Source: an uncultured Candidatus Saccharibacteria bacterium
GTDB lineage: Bacteria; Patescibacteriota; Minisyncoccia; Phycocordibacterales; PALSA-1337
Length of the DNA: 64,000 nt
Assembly: GCA_964459225.1 (NCBI GenBank)
Contig: CAYWKB010000001.1
Location: 116,140-180,139, forward strand
Direction of reading: 5' to 3'
The notes under the pieces are model-generated. The model was not told where the DNA came from. It ran no database searches and saw only the letters and a program-made list of their open reading frames with translations. A program made the translations under genes and the position numbers. Position 1 is the first letter of the stretch, and each line of letters begins with the position of its first letter. Positions 17,381 through 26,495 of the stretch are shown one piece after another.

Positions 17381-18268
17381 TTAATCTGCAGTAAAGTATT
17401 TAATAAAGACAACTGGATCAATTGAAATACCATTTATTTTAATACTTAAATGCAGATGTGGCGCCAGAGCATATCCTGTTTCCCCGCTTTTACCAATTTC
17501 TTGTCCTATTTTGACCTTATCGCCAATCTTAACCCCCATTTCATTTAAATGCATGTATAAAGTCTGAATTCCTTTTCCATGATCTATTACAATTGTATTT
17601 CCATATACTGTGTATTTTTTTGCTATTTTTACAATTCCATCGTTTATCGCGTAAACACTTGTATTTGTAGTCGCGCGGAAATCAGTGCCTTTATGAACTA
17701 TAGACTCCCCCACAGTATCTCTATTGTATCCATAATTATCTGTAATAAAAATATCTTTTAGAGGATAGACAAAATCAGATGACCATAAAGTTTTGTTTTC
17801 TGATTTAATATTATTTAATTCAAAATTTTCTTTTGCTAAATTACTTAATACATTTTGACTTGCCTGTTTTGTATTTCCACCAAGCTTTGCTGGAATATCA
17901 AGTTTCTTAACTATTTTTTGTCTTTGATTTATCTTTATACTTTTTTCTATATTCATCCCATTACTTAATCTACTTTTAAATATGTATTCTGTTTTTTTAT
18001 TATTAAAATCAACCGGAACAATAAATAAGAATGATTTATTTCTCTCAATATATTCTATTTTTTTATTATTTAAAAATGATTCAATTGGCGTAGAGCTTGA
18101 ATTAATATTAATAAAAATAGGGTTACCTACATATGCAGTATCTGGATAAATATTAATAAGGGGTTTAACTACCTCAACATTATTATTGTGATTAAAATAA
18201 TTATTATAAATTATTATGGAAATTAGTAAGATGATTATAATTAAAAATAATTTGAAGAATTTTTTCAT
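17381..18268 (-). CDS. M23 family metallopeptidase
   Basis: HKGTD, YGN.IVIDHG, YMHL, PHLH; N-terminal anchor. Confidence 0.9.
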   Translation of the reverse strand: MKKFFKLFLIIIILLISIIIYNNYFNHNNNVEVVKPLINIYPDTAYVGNPIFININSSSTPIESFLNNKKIEYIERNKSFLFIVPVDFNNKKTEYIFKSRLSNGMNIEKSIKINQRQKIVKKLDIPAKLGGNTKQASQNVLSNLAKENFELNNIKSENKTLWSSDFVYPLKDIFITDNYGYNRDTVGESIVHKGTDFRATTNTSVYAINDGIVKIAKKYTVYGNTIVIDHGKGIQTLYMHLNEMGVKIGDKVKIGQEIGKSGETGYALAPHLHLSIKINGISIDPVVFIKYFTAD

Positions 18269-19045
18269 TTAATTAGGAAATAGAGATATTATAATTACAG
18301 CCAAGAGTATTCTATACCAACCAAATGCAGTCAGGGATATTTTATTTAAATACTTTTTAACTATAATCAAAATTAAATATGCACTTATAAATGCAATTAT
18401 AAAACCATAAATAAAAATTGCATAAGAATCCATGCTTGCAATAAAAGCAAATGATTTATAAAAATCATACAAAACTGCAGCGGTTATGGTTGGTATTGCT
18501 AATAAAAATGTATATTCGATTATTGCTGATTTTTTGATATTTAAAAGTAATCCAGCAATAATGGTAGACCCTGATCTCGATACACCGGGGATTATTGCGA
18601 GTGATTGTGATAGACCAATAATAAATGCTTCTTTATAATTAATATCGTTTATATCCTTACCTTGATTTGCTTTCGATGAATTTCTTTTTTCTAAAATAAT
18701 AAAAATTATACCTCCAAGAGCAAGCATGATTGCCATTAGTAACATATTGCCTTCCAAAAGCTTTTTGAATACTTTATATAAAACAAAGCCGATTACAGCA
18801 GTCGGAATAAAACTTATTAAAATATTTGATAGAATTTTTTTATCTGAAATAATCCTCTTTGAAAATAAACTCACACCAGCAATAAGCGCCCCAAATTGTA
18901 TAAATAATAAGAAAAACTTAATGTATTCGGTGGTGGTATCTATATTAAATAACTTTGAAAGAATAATGATATGAGCAGTAGAAGAAACAGGTAAAAATTC
19001 AGTTATACCCTCGAGTATAGATATGAGTATTAGGTGAAGGTTCAT
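18269..19045 (-). CDS. uppP: undecaprenyl-diphosphate phosphatase
   Basis: EGITEFLPVSSTAH, IQFGA, PGVSRSGSTI. Confidence 0.95.
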   Translation of the reverse strand: MNLHLILISILEGITEFLPVSSTAHIIILSKLFNIDTTTEYIKFFLLFIQFGALIAGVSLFSKRIISDKKILSNILISFIPTAVIGFVLYKVFKKLLEGNMLLMAIMLALGGIIFIILEKRNSSKANQGKDINDINYKEAFIIGLSQSLAIIPGVSRSGSTIIAGLLLNIKKSAIIEYTFLLAIPTITAAVLYDFYKSFAFIASMDSYAIFIYGFIIAFISAYLILIIVKKYLNKISLTAFGWYRILLAVIIISLFPN

Positions 19046-19064
19046 TTTAAAATTATAACATAGG

Positions 19065-19087
19065 AAAAGCCTTGGGGTTGCCAAGGC
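19065..19087 (-). terminator. intrinsic terminator
   Basis: GCCTTGG / CCAAGGC stem, U-run on - strand. Confidence 0.65.
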
Positions 19088-19110
19088 CTTCTTGAAAAAC
19101 TACTGCCGAT

Positions 19111-19230
19111 CTATTTGCTAAATCCTTCGTTTTCTCGCGTCACTTCTGCTTCGCCTGTAAAAATCAAGTAGAGGGCACCCAGAGTGGCGAAAAACAATGC
19201 AACCAGTGCAAGCGGATATAAAACTTTCAT
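19111..19230 (-). CDS. 39-aa single-TM small protein (not in ORF track)
   Basis: Manual translation MKVLYPLALVALFFATLGALYLIFTGEAEVTRENEGFSK*; upstream TG-TACAAT; downstream terminator. Confidence 0.55.
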   Translation of the reverse strand: MKVLYPLALVALFFATLGALYLIFTGEAEVTRENEGFSK

Positions 19231-19268
19231 ACGTATTTGTGCTGCTAGTAGTATTGTACACTAATTGT

Positions 19269-19595
19269 TTATAAAGTCAAACTATACCCCTTAGTCTCTA
19301 GGAAATCATTTAGTAGAGTGTTGTCTTTGACACTACACAAAATTCTCATCTTTACATTATTTTTTAAATAGATTATTTCTATCCCCCTATCCCCCTCCCT
19401 TTTTTTAATTGAAATTATGTCGGATTTATTTATTTTTGTCTTAAAGAAAAAAGATGAAATTATTAATTCATTTTCATAAATTGAAATACTACCAAACGGC
19501 CTGCTGGCTTTAATGGTAAATAGATATTTACTGTAACCATCGAGTTTGTTTGGACCAACTATTGTGGCCTTAAATTTTTGTAAATCGCTTTGCAT
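19269..19595 (-). CDS. hypothetical protein (possible PH-like beta fold)
   Basis: 108-aa ORF immediately downstream of tRNA-His. Confidence 0.55.
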   Translation of the reverse strand: MQSDLQKFKATIVGPNKLDGYSKYLFTIKASRPFGSISIYENELIISSFFFKTKINKSDIISIKKREGDRGIEIIYLKNNVKMRILCSVKDNTLLNDFLETKGYSLTL

Positions 19596-19605
19596 TAGAT
19601 TATTA

Positions 19606-19680
19606 TGGGGTGGCTAGAGAGAATCGGACTCTCGACTTCGGATCCACAAACCGAGGTTTTACCACTAAACTATAGCCACC
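19606..19680 (-). tRNA. tRNA-His(GTG), G-1 and CCA encoded
   Basis: GGTGGCTA...TAGCCACCCCA; anticodon loop TTGTGGA; T-loop TCCGATT. Confidence 0.92.
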
Positions 19681-19695
19681 ATATTTCAATCACCT

Positions 19696-20265
19696 TTATT
19701 TGTATTTTGGTGATACCTCATTTATACCAGATTTATGGTTACTTAGTCTAGCTAATGCATACAATATGCTTGAAAGCCTGTTGAGATAAGACAATGTTTC
19801 CTTTGAAATCTTTTCTTTTTTATTAACATTTTTTTCTAATGAAACTGACACAACTCTCCTTTCCGCCCTTCTTGCTATTGTCCTACTTATATCAAACAAG
19901 GCCCCAAGCTTACTTCCTCCTGAAATAAAAAAGGTTTTGATTGGTGGTAATGTCTTTTCTATTTCATCTATTACCTTTTCTAAATCTTTTACCTTTTCTT
20001 CACCTAGTGGTTTTGGATAACCTGCCACTTCTGCCTGAATTATAAAAAGACTTTCTTGAATATTATGTATTAATCCTTTTAATTTAAATTCACTTCCTGG
20101 TATTTTCCATTTTATCTTTTCTGACTCTACTTTTACTAATCCAAGAAATGAATTTATTTCATCAAGCGATCCTAATGCCTCAGCTATATCTGAGCTTTTT
20201 GAAATTCTCTGATCACAACCAAATGTTTTTGTTGTTCCTGTATCGCCTTTTCTTGTGTATAACAT
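19696..20265 (-). CDS. PduO-type ATP:cob(I)alamin adenosyltransferase family protein
   Basis: LYTRKGDTGTT, G..DE.NSF.G, RT.ARRAER, YLNRLS. Confidence 0.9.
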   Translation of the reverse strand: MLYTRKGDTGTTKTFGCDQRISKSSDIAEALGSLDEINSFLGLVKVESEKIKWKIPGSEFKLKGLIHNIQESLFIIQAEVAGYPKPLGEEKVKDLEKVIDEIEKTLPPIKTFFISGGSKLGALFDISRTIARRAERRVVSVSLEKNVNKKEKISKETLSYLNRLSSILYALARLSNHKSGINEVSPKYK

Positions 20266-20299
20266 AATAAATATAAATTAAATCTATCCTTTTATTGTT

Positions 20300-20384
20300 T
20301 GGTGCACGGGAGAGGACTCGAACCTCCACACCTTACGGCGTACCCACCTCAAGGGTATGCGGCTACCAATTACGCCACCCGTGC
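20300..20384 (-). tRNA. tRNA-Leu(GAG), CCA encoded
   Basis: GCACGGG...CCCGTGCACCA; loop TTGAGGT; long variable arm. Confidence 0.95.
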
Positions 20385-20407
20385 ATAGTCAAAATATATC
20401 ATAATTA

Positions 20408-20438
20408 AAACAAAAACTCGATTGCTCGAGTTTTGTTT
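20408..20438 (-). terminator. rplS terminator
   Basis: AAAACTCGA / TCGAGTTTT hairpin. Confidence 0.7.
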
Positions 20439-20439
20439 A

Positions 20440-20868
20440 TTATGCAGTTACTTCTTCTTTTGTTTCTTCCTTTGAAATTACTTTTGTATCTGTATTTTGA
20501 TCTTTGTCTATTGAGAGCATTCTTCTCATTTGCTTTCTGATTTCCTTTGCTGCCTTTTCTCTTATGAAATATAGCTTTGCTCTGCGAACCTTTGATCTTC
20601 TTAATGACTCTATCTTATCTATCATTGGTGAGTATAGTGGGAATATCTTTTCAACTCCTACACCGTCTACAACCTTACGAACTGTAAATGTAGCTCCTGC
20701 CTCTCTACCATGCTTGTGGGCTAGTATAATACCCTCAAATGCCTGCAGACGTGTCTTGCCCTTTTCTTGTATTTTTTGCCATACACGAACTGTATCACCA
20801 GCCTTTATGTCGAGCTTCTTTCTTTCCTCTATATTTACCCCTGAAATGATATTAGTATTTGTTGCCAT
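20440..20868 (-). CDS. rplS: 50S ribosomal protein L19
   Basis: GDTVRV, RLQAFEG, TFTVRK..DGVGVEKIFP.YSP, KVRRAKLYF. Confidence 0.96.
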   Translation of the reverse strand: MATNTNIISGVNIEERKKLDIKAGDTVRVWQKIQEKGKTRLQAFEGIILAHKHGREAGATFTVRKVVDGVGVEKIFPLYSPMIDKIESLRRSKVRRAKLYFIREKAAKEIRKQMRRMLSIDKDQNTDTKVISKEETKEEVTA

Positions 20869-20894
20869 ATTTGTTATGTAATGTATGAACAAAT

Positions 20895-21653
20895 CTAACA
20901 CAAGCCATGCTTTTTAGCAACTTCTTTAATACCTAATTCAGTTATAGCGGTGACAAAATCCTTTGGAATATCAGCCTTTACTTTTATTACCTTACCTTGG
21001 CAATTAGTGAATTCAATAGAAAAGGCATGCAGAGCATTTCTTTTAAAACCTAGACTTTTTGTCTTATCATCTATCTTTTCTGGTGCATAAAGTGAGTCAT
21101 GGAGTATTGGATGATTGATTGCCTTAAAATGCACTCTAATTTGATGAGTTCTTCCTGTCTTTGGTTCAACCTCTACAAATGAATACCCCACCCTATTTGA
21201 AAGTACAGTATACCAAGTTTCTGCATCTCTCATTTCCCCTCTTGCGCCACGTGTTGCAGACCATCTTCTAAAATCTTTTGGACTTCTACCTATTGGTCTA
21301 TTTATTATTCCAAACTGATCTTTGACTTCACCATAAACAAAAGCTAGGTACTTTTTATTTATTGTCCTGTCTTGAAATTGTGTTTTTAAACATTCGTGCC
21401 CCGCCTTTGTTTTTGCAATTAAAATAACTCCTGAAGTATCGCGATCTAGTCTATGTACTATTCCTGGTCTTTCGATTATTCCATAATCTTTGGTTTCAAC
21501 AGGCTCACCTACATTTTTTGTCTTTGGATAATTTTCAAGTATCCAATCAGTCAAAAAAGGACCCTTGCTTTTACCATCAGGATGCACGACAAGGCCTGCT
21601 GGTTTGTTTACAGCTACAATATCCTTGTCTTCATATAATATGTCTATTTTCAT
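20895..21653 (-). CDS. RluA/RluD family pseudouridine synthase
   Basis: VNKPAGLVVHP, RPGIVHRLDRDTSG, TGRTHQIRVH. Confidence 0.94.
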   Translation of the reverse strand: MKIDILYEDKDIVAVNKPAGLVVHPDGKSKGPFLTDWILENYPKTKNVGEPVETKDYGIIERPGIVHRLDRDTSGVILIAKTKAGHECLKTQFQDRTINKKYLAFVYGEVKDQFGIINRPIGRSPKDFRRWSATRGARGEMRDAETWYTVLSNRVGYSFVEVEPKTGRTHQIRVHFKAINHPILHDSLYAPEKIDDKTKSLGFKRNALHAFSIEFTNCQGKVIKVKADIPKDFVTAITELGIKEVAKKHGLC

Positions 21654-21721
21654 AGTTAAGTCTTGATAATTAATACATTATACGATAATCTATTATAAGT
21701 CTAATTTATATTAATTTATTA

Positions 21722-21794
21722 GGGCGATTAGCTCAGTTGGTAGAGCAACCCATTTACACTGGGAAGGTCACAGGTTCGAGTCCTGTATCGCCCA
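21722..21794 (+). tRNA. tRNA-Val(TAC)
   Basis: GGGCGAT...ATCGCCCA; loop TTTACAC; GGTTCGAGTCC. Confidence 0.95.
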
Positions 21795-21965
21795 CAAACT
21801 AAAAAAGAATGACAACCGTCATTCTTTTTTACGTTCTGTGGTACTACTTGGACGAGAAAGCCGGAGCTATACCGAGCCAGTAGGCGAGGTAGCGAGGCGG
21901 GGTCGAAGAAATTTCCGAGCGATGGCGAGGAAATTATCTGTGACCGAGTCCTGTATCGCCCACAA
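21777..21965 (+). repeat. 21-bp direct repeat of tRNA-Val 3' end enclosing a branched hairpin element
   Basis: CGAGTCCTGTATCGCCCACAA at 21777-21797 and 21945-21965. Confidence 0.9.
21801..21830 (+). terminator. tRNA-Val terminator
   Basis: AAAAAAGAATGAC-AACC-GTCATTCTTTTTT. Confidence 0.85.
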
Positions 21966-22098
21966 CAATCTCAGACAATCACGTTTGACTATAGGTTATA
22001 AGAATGATAAAAAAATATCAGAATAGCTGCCGAACTATTTTGAATCACATGAAGTATTTCTATAAGCTGCCCGCATATAGAAATGGGTCGCAAACCCC

Positions 22099-22815
22099 AT
22101 GGATTCTAATCCAGGCATTTTAAAAATGACAAACCAAGAAGTGGAGTGTTTATTTACGACTTCATCCACCCCTATTCAAAACAAATGGGAAGCCGCAAGG
22201 AAAATGACTAGAAGTTTAATTGATCTCAAAAATGACCGAGAGGAAGCATTGGTCAATAAACGTAAATACTACAGAAATTATATTGTTGGATCTGCCATAA
22301 TGTTGGTCCTTGTTATATATACAATATATTTCTTGGTGGTGCCTCAACCATCCAAAAATGATCACAAGAATCTCCTGAAACTATCAATTATCATGATTAT
22401 ATCAGGAATTGTTCTCGTAATCTGGCACATGGTGTATGAGAAGTGGTGGAAGGAAAAAAGTAATATTTGGCGGATTGAGCAAATCTTTGAGGATTTTGCT
22501 GAATCGCTAAAAAAACTAAACCCCCTAGGAATTAATACTGATAATTGTTCGATTGACGAAGAATATGTAAAAACAAGCTACCTTTTGCTTGCAACTAAAC
22601 TAGCCAGGGAGCAGATCTTGTTTGATAAAATGAGATCAAATCGCGATATAGACAGACAGACTCTTATCGAAGCAGGGTACCTTTTAACAGATTGCGAATC
22701 TGAATTCAAAAGACTTGAAACATGTCTCAGTAATGACTTTGGTATTAAACCAAGTCGAGCAGAGATATTCCAGGAAGCGATGAGAAACTTAAAAAAGACA
22801 GCTTCTATAGCATAG
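22099..22815 (+). CDS. hypothetical two-TM membrane protein
   Basis: 238-aa ORF with two hydrophobic segments; TTGACT at 21985; own terminator. Confidence 0.7.
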   Translation: MDSNPGILKMTNQEVECLFTTSSTPIQNKWEAARKMTRSLIDLKNDREEALVNKRKYYRNYIVGSAIMLVLVIYTIYFLVVPQPSKNDHKNLLKLSIIMIISGIVLVIWHMVYEKWWKEKSNIWRIEQIFEDFAESLKKLNPLGINTDNCSIDEEYVKTSYLLLATKLAREQILFDKMRSNRDIDRQTLIEAGYLLTDCESEFKRLETCLSNDFGIKPSRAEIFQEAMRNLKKTASIA

Positions 22816-22837
22816 TGCAAACCTTGACGGCATTCAC

Positions 22838-22866
22838 AAACCGCCCCTACACAGAGGGGCGGTTTT
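22838..22866 (+). terminator. intrinsic terminator
   Basis: AAACCGCCCCT / AGGGGCGGTTTT. Confidence 0.85.
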
Positions 22867-22903
22867 ATATTTATATTTTATTTAAACAGTAAATATTACA
22901 TAG

Positions 22904-22934
22904 AACAAAAACACCCTTTCGGGTGCTTTTTGTT
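22904..22934 (-). terminator. intrinsic terminator of DUF378 gene
   Basis: CACCC-TTTC-GGGTG with flanking A and T runs. Confidence 0.7.
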
Positions 22935-22959
22935 TAGAGATAGTATTCCCTATTTTAAA

Positions 22960-23187
22960 TTACATTGATGTAGAACCTGAAGCTGAGCAATCTCTGCATG
23001 ACTTCTTATGTGTGAAGATAAGAACCAAAGCTGAGATACCAACTAGAACATATACTATATTAGCAACTACTGCTGGTAAATATGCTACTATTCCTGCTCC
23101 ACCAGCACCCAATCCTAATCCAACTAGAAGCCAATTTAGACCTCCTACTACAACCAATATAAATGCAATTGTATGTAAAGCTTTCAT
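22960..23187 (-). CDS. DUF378 family small membrane protein
   Basis: LVVVGGLNW.LVG, IVYVLVGISA, C-terminal CxxC. Confidence 0.85.
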   Translation of the reverse strand: MKALHTIAFILVVVGGLNWLLVGLGLGAGGAGIVAYLPAVVANIVYVLVGISALVLIFTHKKSCRDCSASGSTSM

Positions 23188-23314
23188 AAAATTTAATTAA
23201 CTATTAATAATTAACCTATACCCTTATATTATACTAAATATACATCGTATACGCTAAGTACTTATACACATGCAATCCACAGTTATTCCCCATTTACCTA
23301 TTAAAACGATTTTG

Positions 23315-23386
23315 TGCCTTCGGTAGGAATCGAACCTACATCAAGACCTTAGAAGAGTCCTGTTCTATCCATTGAACTACGAAGGC
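23315..23386 (-). tRNA. tRNA-Arg(TCT)
   Basis: GCCTTCG...CGAAGGCA; loop CTTCTAA. Confidence 0.95.
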
Positions 23387-23430
23387 AATGGAATAGTAAG
23401 AATATAACAGAAAAAGCTTAAAATACAAAA

Positions 23431-23763
23431 TTATTTCGATGGGTCTGCAGGTCCCGCATAACCCGCCTTTAATTTATTTGATAAATCTTTTTTGATATCA
23501 AATCTCATAAGCACATCATCTAAATCCTTATTGTTGAATATTTTTTCATCATTTTTTTGCGCTACCGTTGAATTTTCATAATTTCCTGTTGATATTTCCC
23601 AATAAAGATACAGACCACTTATCGCAAGTGACAAAGACAATAAGCTAAACAATATTAATATAATAATCCAATCAACATAAGCATTCCTACCTATCTCTCT
23701 AAAAGACGAGAGTAAAGATAGATTTGGAACTTTCATAAATTTCTTTTTAAATAAATTAGCCAT
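23431..23763 (-). CDS. hypothetical single-TM protein, last gene of pilMNO operon
   Basis: One TM; 1 nt from upstream stop. Confidence 0.7.
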   Translation of the reverse strand: MANLFKKKFMKVPNLSLLSSFREIGRNAYVDWIIILILFSLLSLSLAISGLYLYWEISTGNYENSTVAQKNDEKIFNNKDLDDVLMRFDIKKDLSNKLKAGYAGPADPSK

Positions 23764-23764
23764 A

Positions 23765-24310
23765 TTATTTTATAGTTATTGCCTCAATATCTAAATTTAA
23801 TTTCCATTTACTTGAAACATTTGATGACTTTGATTTCAACAAATCACTTTCTAATCCTTGTGAAGTACTTAATGCAATATTACTAATCTTACTACTAATT
23901 GGAAGATTTTCGATGAGTGACAATGCCCTCATTATATTTGCCCAATTACCCTCAACCTTAACCTTTGCTTTAATATTGCCCTTATCATTACTTATCGAAG
24001 ACAATTCAAAATCGGTATTTGTATAGTCACCTATTTTTTCAACTGTTTCTATAAAAGAAACTATTTTATCTTCATTTGCAATTATACTGTATATCTTTTG
24101 TCTACTTCCCTCAGTATTGTCATATACCTTAACTAATTCTTCTTCATATCTTTTACGTCCATCTTCGGAATTCATTTCATTTGTGAGTTTTGAATAATTT
24201 TGTGCAATACCGATTGTTTTTTTATATACAAATAAATACACAAAAATAGACACAACAAGACATGCGACAGCAAATAATATTAAAATGTAATGTCTGTGAT
24301 TTGTTTTCAT
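23765..24310 (-). CDS. PilO-like protein
   Basis: TM, coiled coil, then G.W...R.L..IE.LP ferredoxin-like domain; operon position. Confidence 0.6.
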   Translation of the reverse strand: MKTNHRHYILILFAVACLVVSIFVYLFVYKKTIGIAQNYSKLTNEMNSEDGRKRYEEELVKVYDNTEGSRQKIYSIIANEDKIVSFIETVEKIGDYTNTDFELSSISNDKGNIKAKVKVEGNWANIMRALSLIENLPISSKISNIALSTSQGLESDLLKSKSSNVSSKWKLNLDIEAITIK

Positions 24311-24867
24311 TTGTTTGATAATGATAATCTAATAGAATAATTTATCTCTCTACTCTTTGCTAAATCAGATACCGGTAATTCAACCTTTGTGATTATAGGG
24401 TTTTGCTCAAGCTTTGTCTTAAATCTAATTAATGCATCTCTGGTGTTTGCTCTGCCCTGAATAATCAAAATTGTTGATGAGGCTGAATTTGCAGTTTCAT
24501 TGTCGGTAAATTGAAATGAATTTATATAGACATCGGAATTTTTATCATTAATGATTTGAGGTATTATTTCTGAATATACTATTTTATTTGTATTCGAATT
24601 AATTTTTTTAATATATTCATTTATTAATCCTAAATCTTTAACTATTTTATCTATTTCTTTGTTTTTCCTACCCTCTCTTATTGTTTCTATTCTTAAAAGC
24701 GCGTCTTTTTCTTCTGAATATGAGAGTATAAATGCAGGTGCTAATGAAAATATACCTATAGTAATAGCAAGAGAAATAAAAAATAATATAAAAATAAATA
24801 ATCTCATGCGATATTCTCGCTTTAATACTTTCATTTCATTTTCTGGTAAAAGTGTGTAGTGAATCAT
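24307..24867 (-). CDS. PilN-like protein
   Basis: N-terminal LLP (INLLP-like), TM, I.G.A..R..L..F...LE. Confidence 0.7.
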   Translation of the reverse strand: MIHYTLLPENEMKVLKREYRMRLFIFILFFISLAITIGIFSLAPAFILSYSEEKDALLRIETIREGRKNKEIDKIVKDLGLINEYIKKINSNTNKIVYSEIIPQIINDKNSDVYINSFQFTDNETANSASSTILIIQGRANTRDALIRFKTKLEQNPIITKVELPVSDLAKSREINYSIRLSLSNK

Positions 24868-24871
24868 ATAT

Positions 24872-25867
24872 TTATGGTATTGCTAAACCGGCTGATATTG
24901 CATAGTCTAATGACTCTTCAAATGAAATCTTTGGTACATAATGATCAGATGAAAATACATTTTGCCAGACATTTGCAACTGAAACTTGTATATCTGTTGA
25001 TGGTGAAAGATTAGATATTTGGCTTATATGCACAGCGTCATGTCCAGAAATAATTATTGATTTTATATCATTGCCATTTCCATGTTGTTTCCAGTATGTA
25101 TAAACTTTTTCTATTTCTCTTCTAAGTGAAAAGATACTATCTCCCATTTCCTCTGGTTTTTTGTCTCTAACACTTTCACCACCCCATGAAATGGTAGATG
25201 TAAAACAAACTATTCCATTATAGACAACATACAAACCTGTTTTTTTATTCATTACATGCACTATAAGCTCAGTTTCAAAATTATCATGTGGCACTACCGC
25301 TCTTGCTATGGCTTTTGCTTGAATTTCAAATGAAACCACAGTTAACCCTGAACTTTTAAGTACATTTAAATAACTATTCACCAAGTCCATAGGAGCAACT
25401 GAAACACTGGCATATGTTTTGCCGCTATTGTTTTCATCCAATGCTTGTGGAAGTTTATCAAAAAAGAAAATAGCCTCAGACGCACCAAGTGGTACATTTT
25501 CCTCTAATTTAAATTCGATATTTTGCCTAATTTGTCTTTCATTTGTATCGGGTACTTCAGTTTTAAACAAATACATTCTCTCTTCAGGTAAAGAGGCTTT
25601 AACGGTGTGAATTTTTAACTCTTTAACTAGCGATGTTACTTGTTCTATTAAAGCCTTTTCATCCTTTATATGACCCCCATCAACTATTCCGGGTTTTAAA
25701 AGTCTATTTCCATATCTGTGTAAGGTATATCCATGGCTATTAAAAGAGTATTCAATACACCTCACCGCCTCATCAGAAATATCCAAACCAGCATAAGGAA
25801 TATTTATATATTTTGGTGGTGGAAAAAGTTTAAAAAATTTCTTGGTAAACGTACTCATATTTACCAA
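24872..25867 (-). CDS. pilM: type IV pilus assembly protein PilM
   Basis: GLDISD, GIVDGG.I, actin-like fold, A.SAGLA end. Confidence 0.8.
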   Translation of the reverse strand: MVNMSTFTKKFFKLFPPPKYINIPYAGLDISDEAVRCIEYSFNSHGYTLHRYGNRLLKPGIVDGGHIKDEKALIEQVTSLVKELKIHTVKASLPEERMYLFKTEVPDTNERQIRQNIEFKLEENVPLGASEAIFFFDKLPQALDENNSGKTYASVSVAPMDLVNSYLNVLKSSGLTVVSFEIQAKAIARAVVPHDNFETELIVHVMNKKTGLYVVYNGIVCFTSTISWGGESVRDKKPEEMGDSIFSLRREIEKVYTYWKQHGNGNDIKSIIISGHDAVHISQISNLSPSTDIQVSVANVWQNVFSSDHYVPKISFEESLDYAISAGLAIP

Positions 25868-25875
25868 ATATTATA

Positions 25876-26493
25876 TCATGGATTTTTTTGAGAATATTTG
25901 TCTTTAAAGTATTCGTAAAATATCGGAATAAATGAAAAGACTATAATAGCAATAATTATATAGTGCAAATACTTATCGATACCCGGAACAATATTACCAA
26001 GCAAATACCCTACCCCAAGCATTCCCCAAGTCCAAGTAAAAGCTCCAATAATATTGAATTTAATGAAATATTTATAATCCATACCTGTTGCGCCCGCTAT
26101 TATGGGTGCAAATGTTCTAACTATTGGGATAAATCTTGCTAAGACTATTGTCTTTTTACCATGTTTATTATAAAACCCTTTTGCTTTTTCTAAATGCTTC
26201 TTTTTGAAAAATCTTGAATCCTCCCTACTAAATAAAAGCTCACCTGTCTTTTTACCAAATGAATATCCAACACTATCTCCAAGCACAGCAGAAATAAAAC
26301 ATAAAAATAAAAGTAGCCAAATCGATAGATAACCTTGAGATGCAAGTAATCCGGCAGTAAAAAGTAATGAATCTCCAGGGAGAAAGAAACCAAAAAATAA
26401 TCCAGATTCAGCAAAAGTAATAGCAACAACCCCAATCAGTCCTAGGGTTTTAATTATAAACATTGGATCTATTAAATCAGTGATGTTATTCAT
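25876..26493 (-). CDS. DedA family protein
   Basis: FAESGLFFGFFLPGDSLLF.AG, ARFIPIVRTFAP. Confidence 0.95.
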   Translation of the reverse strand: MNNITDLIDPMFIIKTLGLIGVVAITFAESGLFFGFFLPGDSLLFTAGLLASQGYLSIWLLLFLCFISAVLGDSVGYSFGKKTGELLFSREDSRFFKKKHLEKAKGFYNKHGKKTIVLARFIPIVRTFAPIIAGATGMDYKYFIKFNIIGAFTWTWGMLGVGYLLGNIVPGIDKYLHYIIIAIIVFSFIPIFYEYFKDKYSQKNP

Positions 26494-26495
26494 TT

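Noticed and set aside
21838-22026. 62-aa ORF over the tRNA-Val repeat element
   Set aside because: Sequence is explained by hairpins and the tRNA duplication; no protein features.
21777-22866. Prophage or integrative island at tRNA-Val
   Set aside because: Repeats enclose only 147 bp, and no integrase or phage gene is in the window.
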